DNA of 26,063 nt from Myxococcota bacterium (lineage in GTDB: Bacteria; Myxococcota_A; UBA796; GCA-2862545): the NCBI GenBank assembly GCA_039208735.1, contig JBCCQY010000128.1, positions 1-26,063 on the forward strand, in the 5' to 3' direction. The number at the start of each line of letters is the position of its first letter. Within the stretch, counting starts at the first letter, position 1. Both the position numbers and the translations under genes were made by a program. Shown here in pieces: positions 25,886-26,063 of this stretch. The notes beneath the pieces are model-generated. The model made no database searches. It saw only the letters and a program-made list of their open reading frames with translations, and was not told where the DNA came from.

Positions 25886-26062
25886 TCAGGGCCGCGTGGC
25901 CAACCAATACAGCGTGTTCGTCCGGGAATTACCGTTGTCGTAGCCCGTCAGCGTCTGGGCTGCGTCCCAGGCCGCCGCCGGCTCGTTGATGCCCTGCGCC
26001 ATGATCAGGAAGCCTCGCCAGCCCTCGGCAAGCCCTGGGTCTCCCAACCCTGACGATGCGAC
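25886..26062 (-). CDS. C-terminal end of a GH81 endo-1,3-beta-glucanase (partial, runs off the window)
   Basis: The minus strand reads ...EGWRGFLIMAQGINEPAAAWDAAQTLTGYDNGNSRTNTLYWLATRP*, matching the GH81 C-terminal pattern GW.G...D.GNS.TN.L.W. It is not in the ORF track. Confidence 0.8.
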   Translation of the reverse strand, partial: VASSGLGDPGLAEGWRGFLIMAQGINEPAAAWDAAQTLTGYDNGNSRTNTLYWLATRP

Positions 26063-26063
26063 G

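Noticed and set aside
1..26063. CRISPR arrays, tRNA/rRNA genes and IS elements
   Set aside because: Intergenic gaps are all about 100 bp or less, and no such signature was seen.

Overview
GC-rich bacterial chromosomal window with tightly packed genes. The gene content (PEGA, TIGR02996+LRR, TSP3/LTD lipoprotein, myxobacterial-type SspB fold) suggests a Myxococcota-like organism, which is an inference. It holds about 22 CDS: a rearranged rpsN fragment at the left edge, an ABM/DUF3291-like lipoprotein, a LysR-Rieske oxygenase pair, thyX with an in-frame DUF6864-like N-terminal extension, an orphan contractile-tail spike (gpV/Gp5) gene, an XRE-HTH-SspB fusion heading a translationally coupled operon with a 2OG-Fe(II) oxygenase and a flavoprotein disulfide reductase, a PQQ-like propeller, a three-gene hypothetical/PEGA operon, thioesterase-maf-yggS, TIGR02996-LRR, a PDZ protein, asnB, two tandem paralogous membrane proteins, an MBL-like protein, a 1200-aa amidohydrolase-TSP3-OB-LTD lipoprotein and the 3' end of a GH81 glucanase. 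I saw no RNA genes, CRISPR arrays or transposases. The most interesting items are the HTH-SspB fusion, the DUF6864-ThyX in-frame fusion, the surface deaminase with nuclease-type accessory modules, the orphan spike, and the inverted rpsN segment at bases 1-151 (probably an amplification or assembly chimera). All family calls come from motif recognition by eye; no searches were run.
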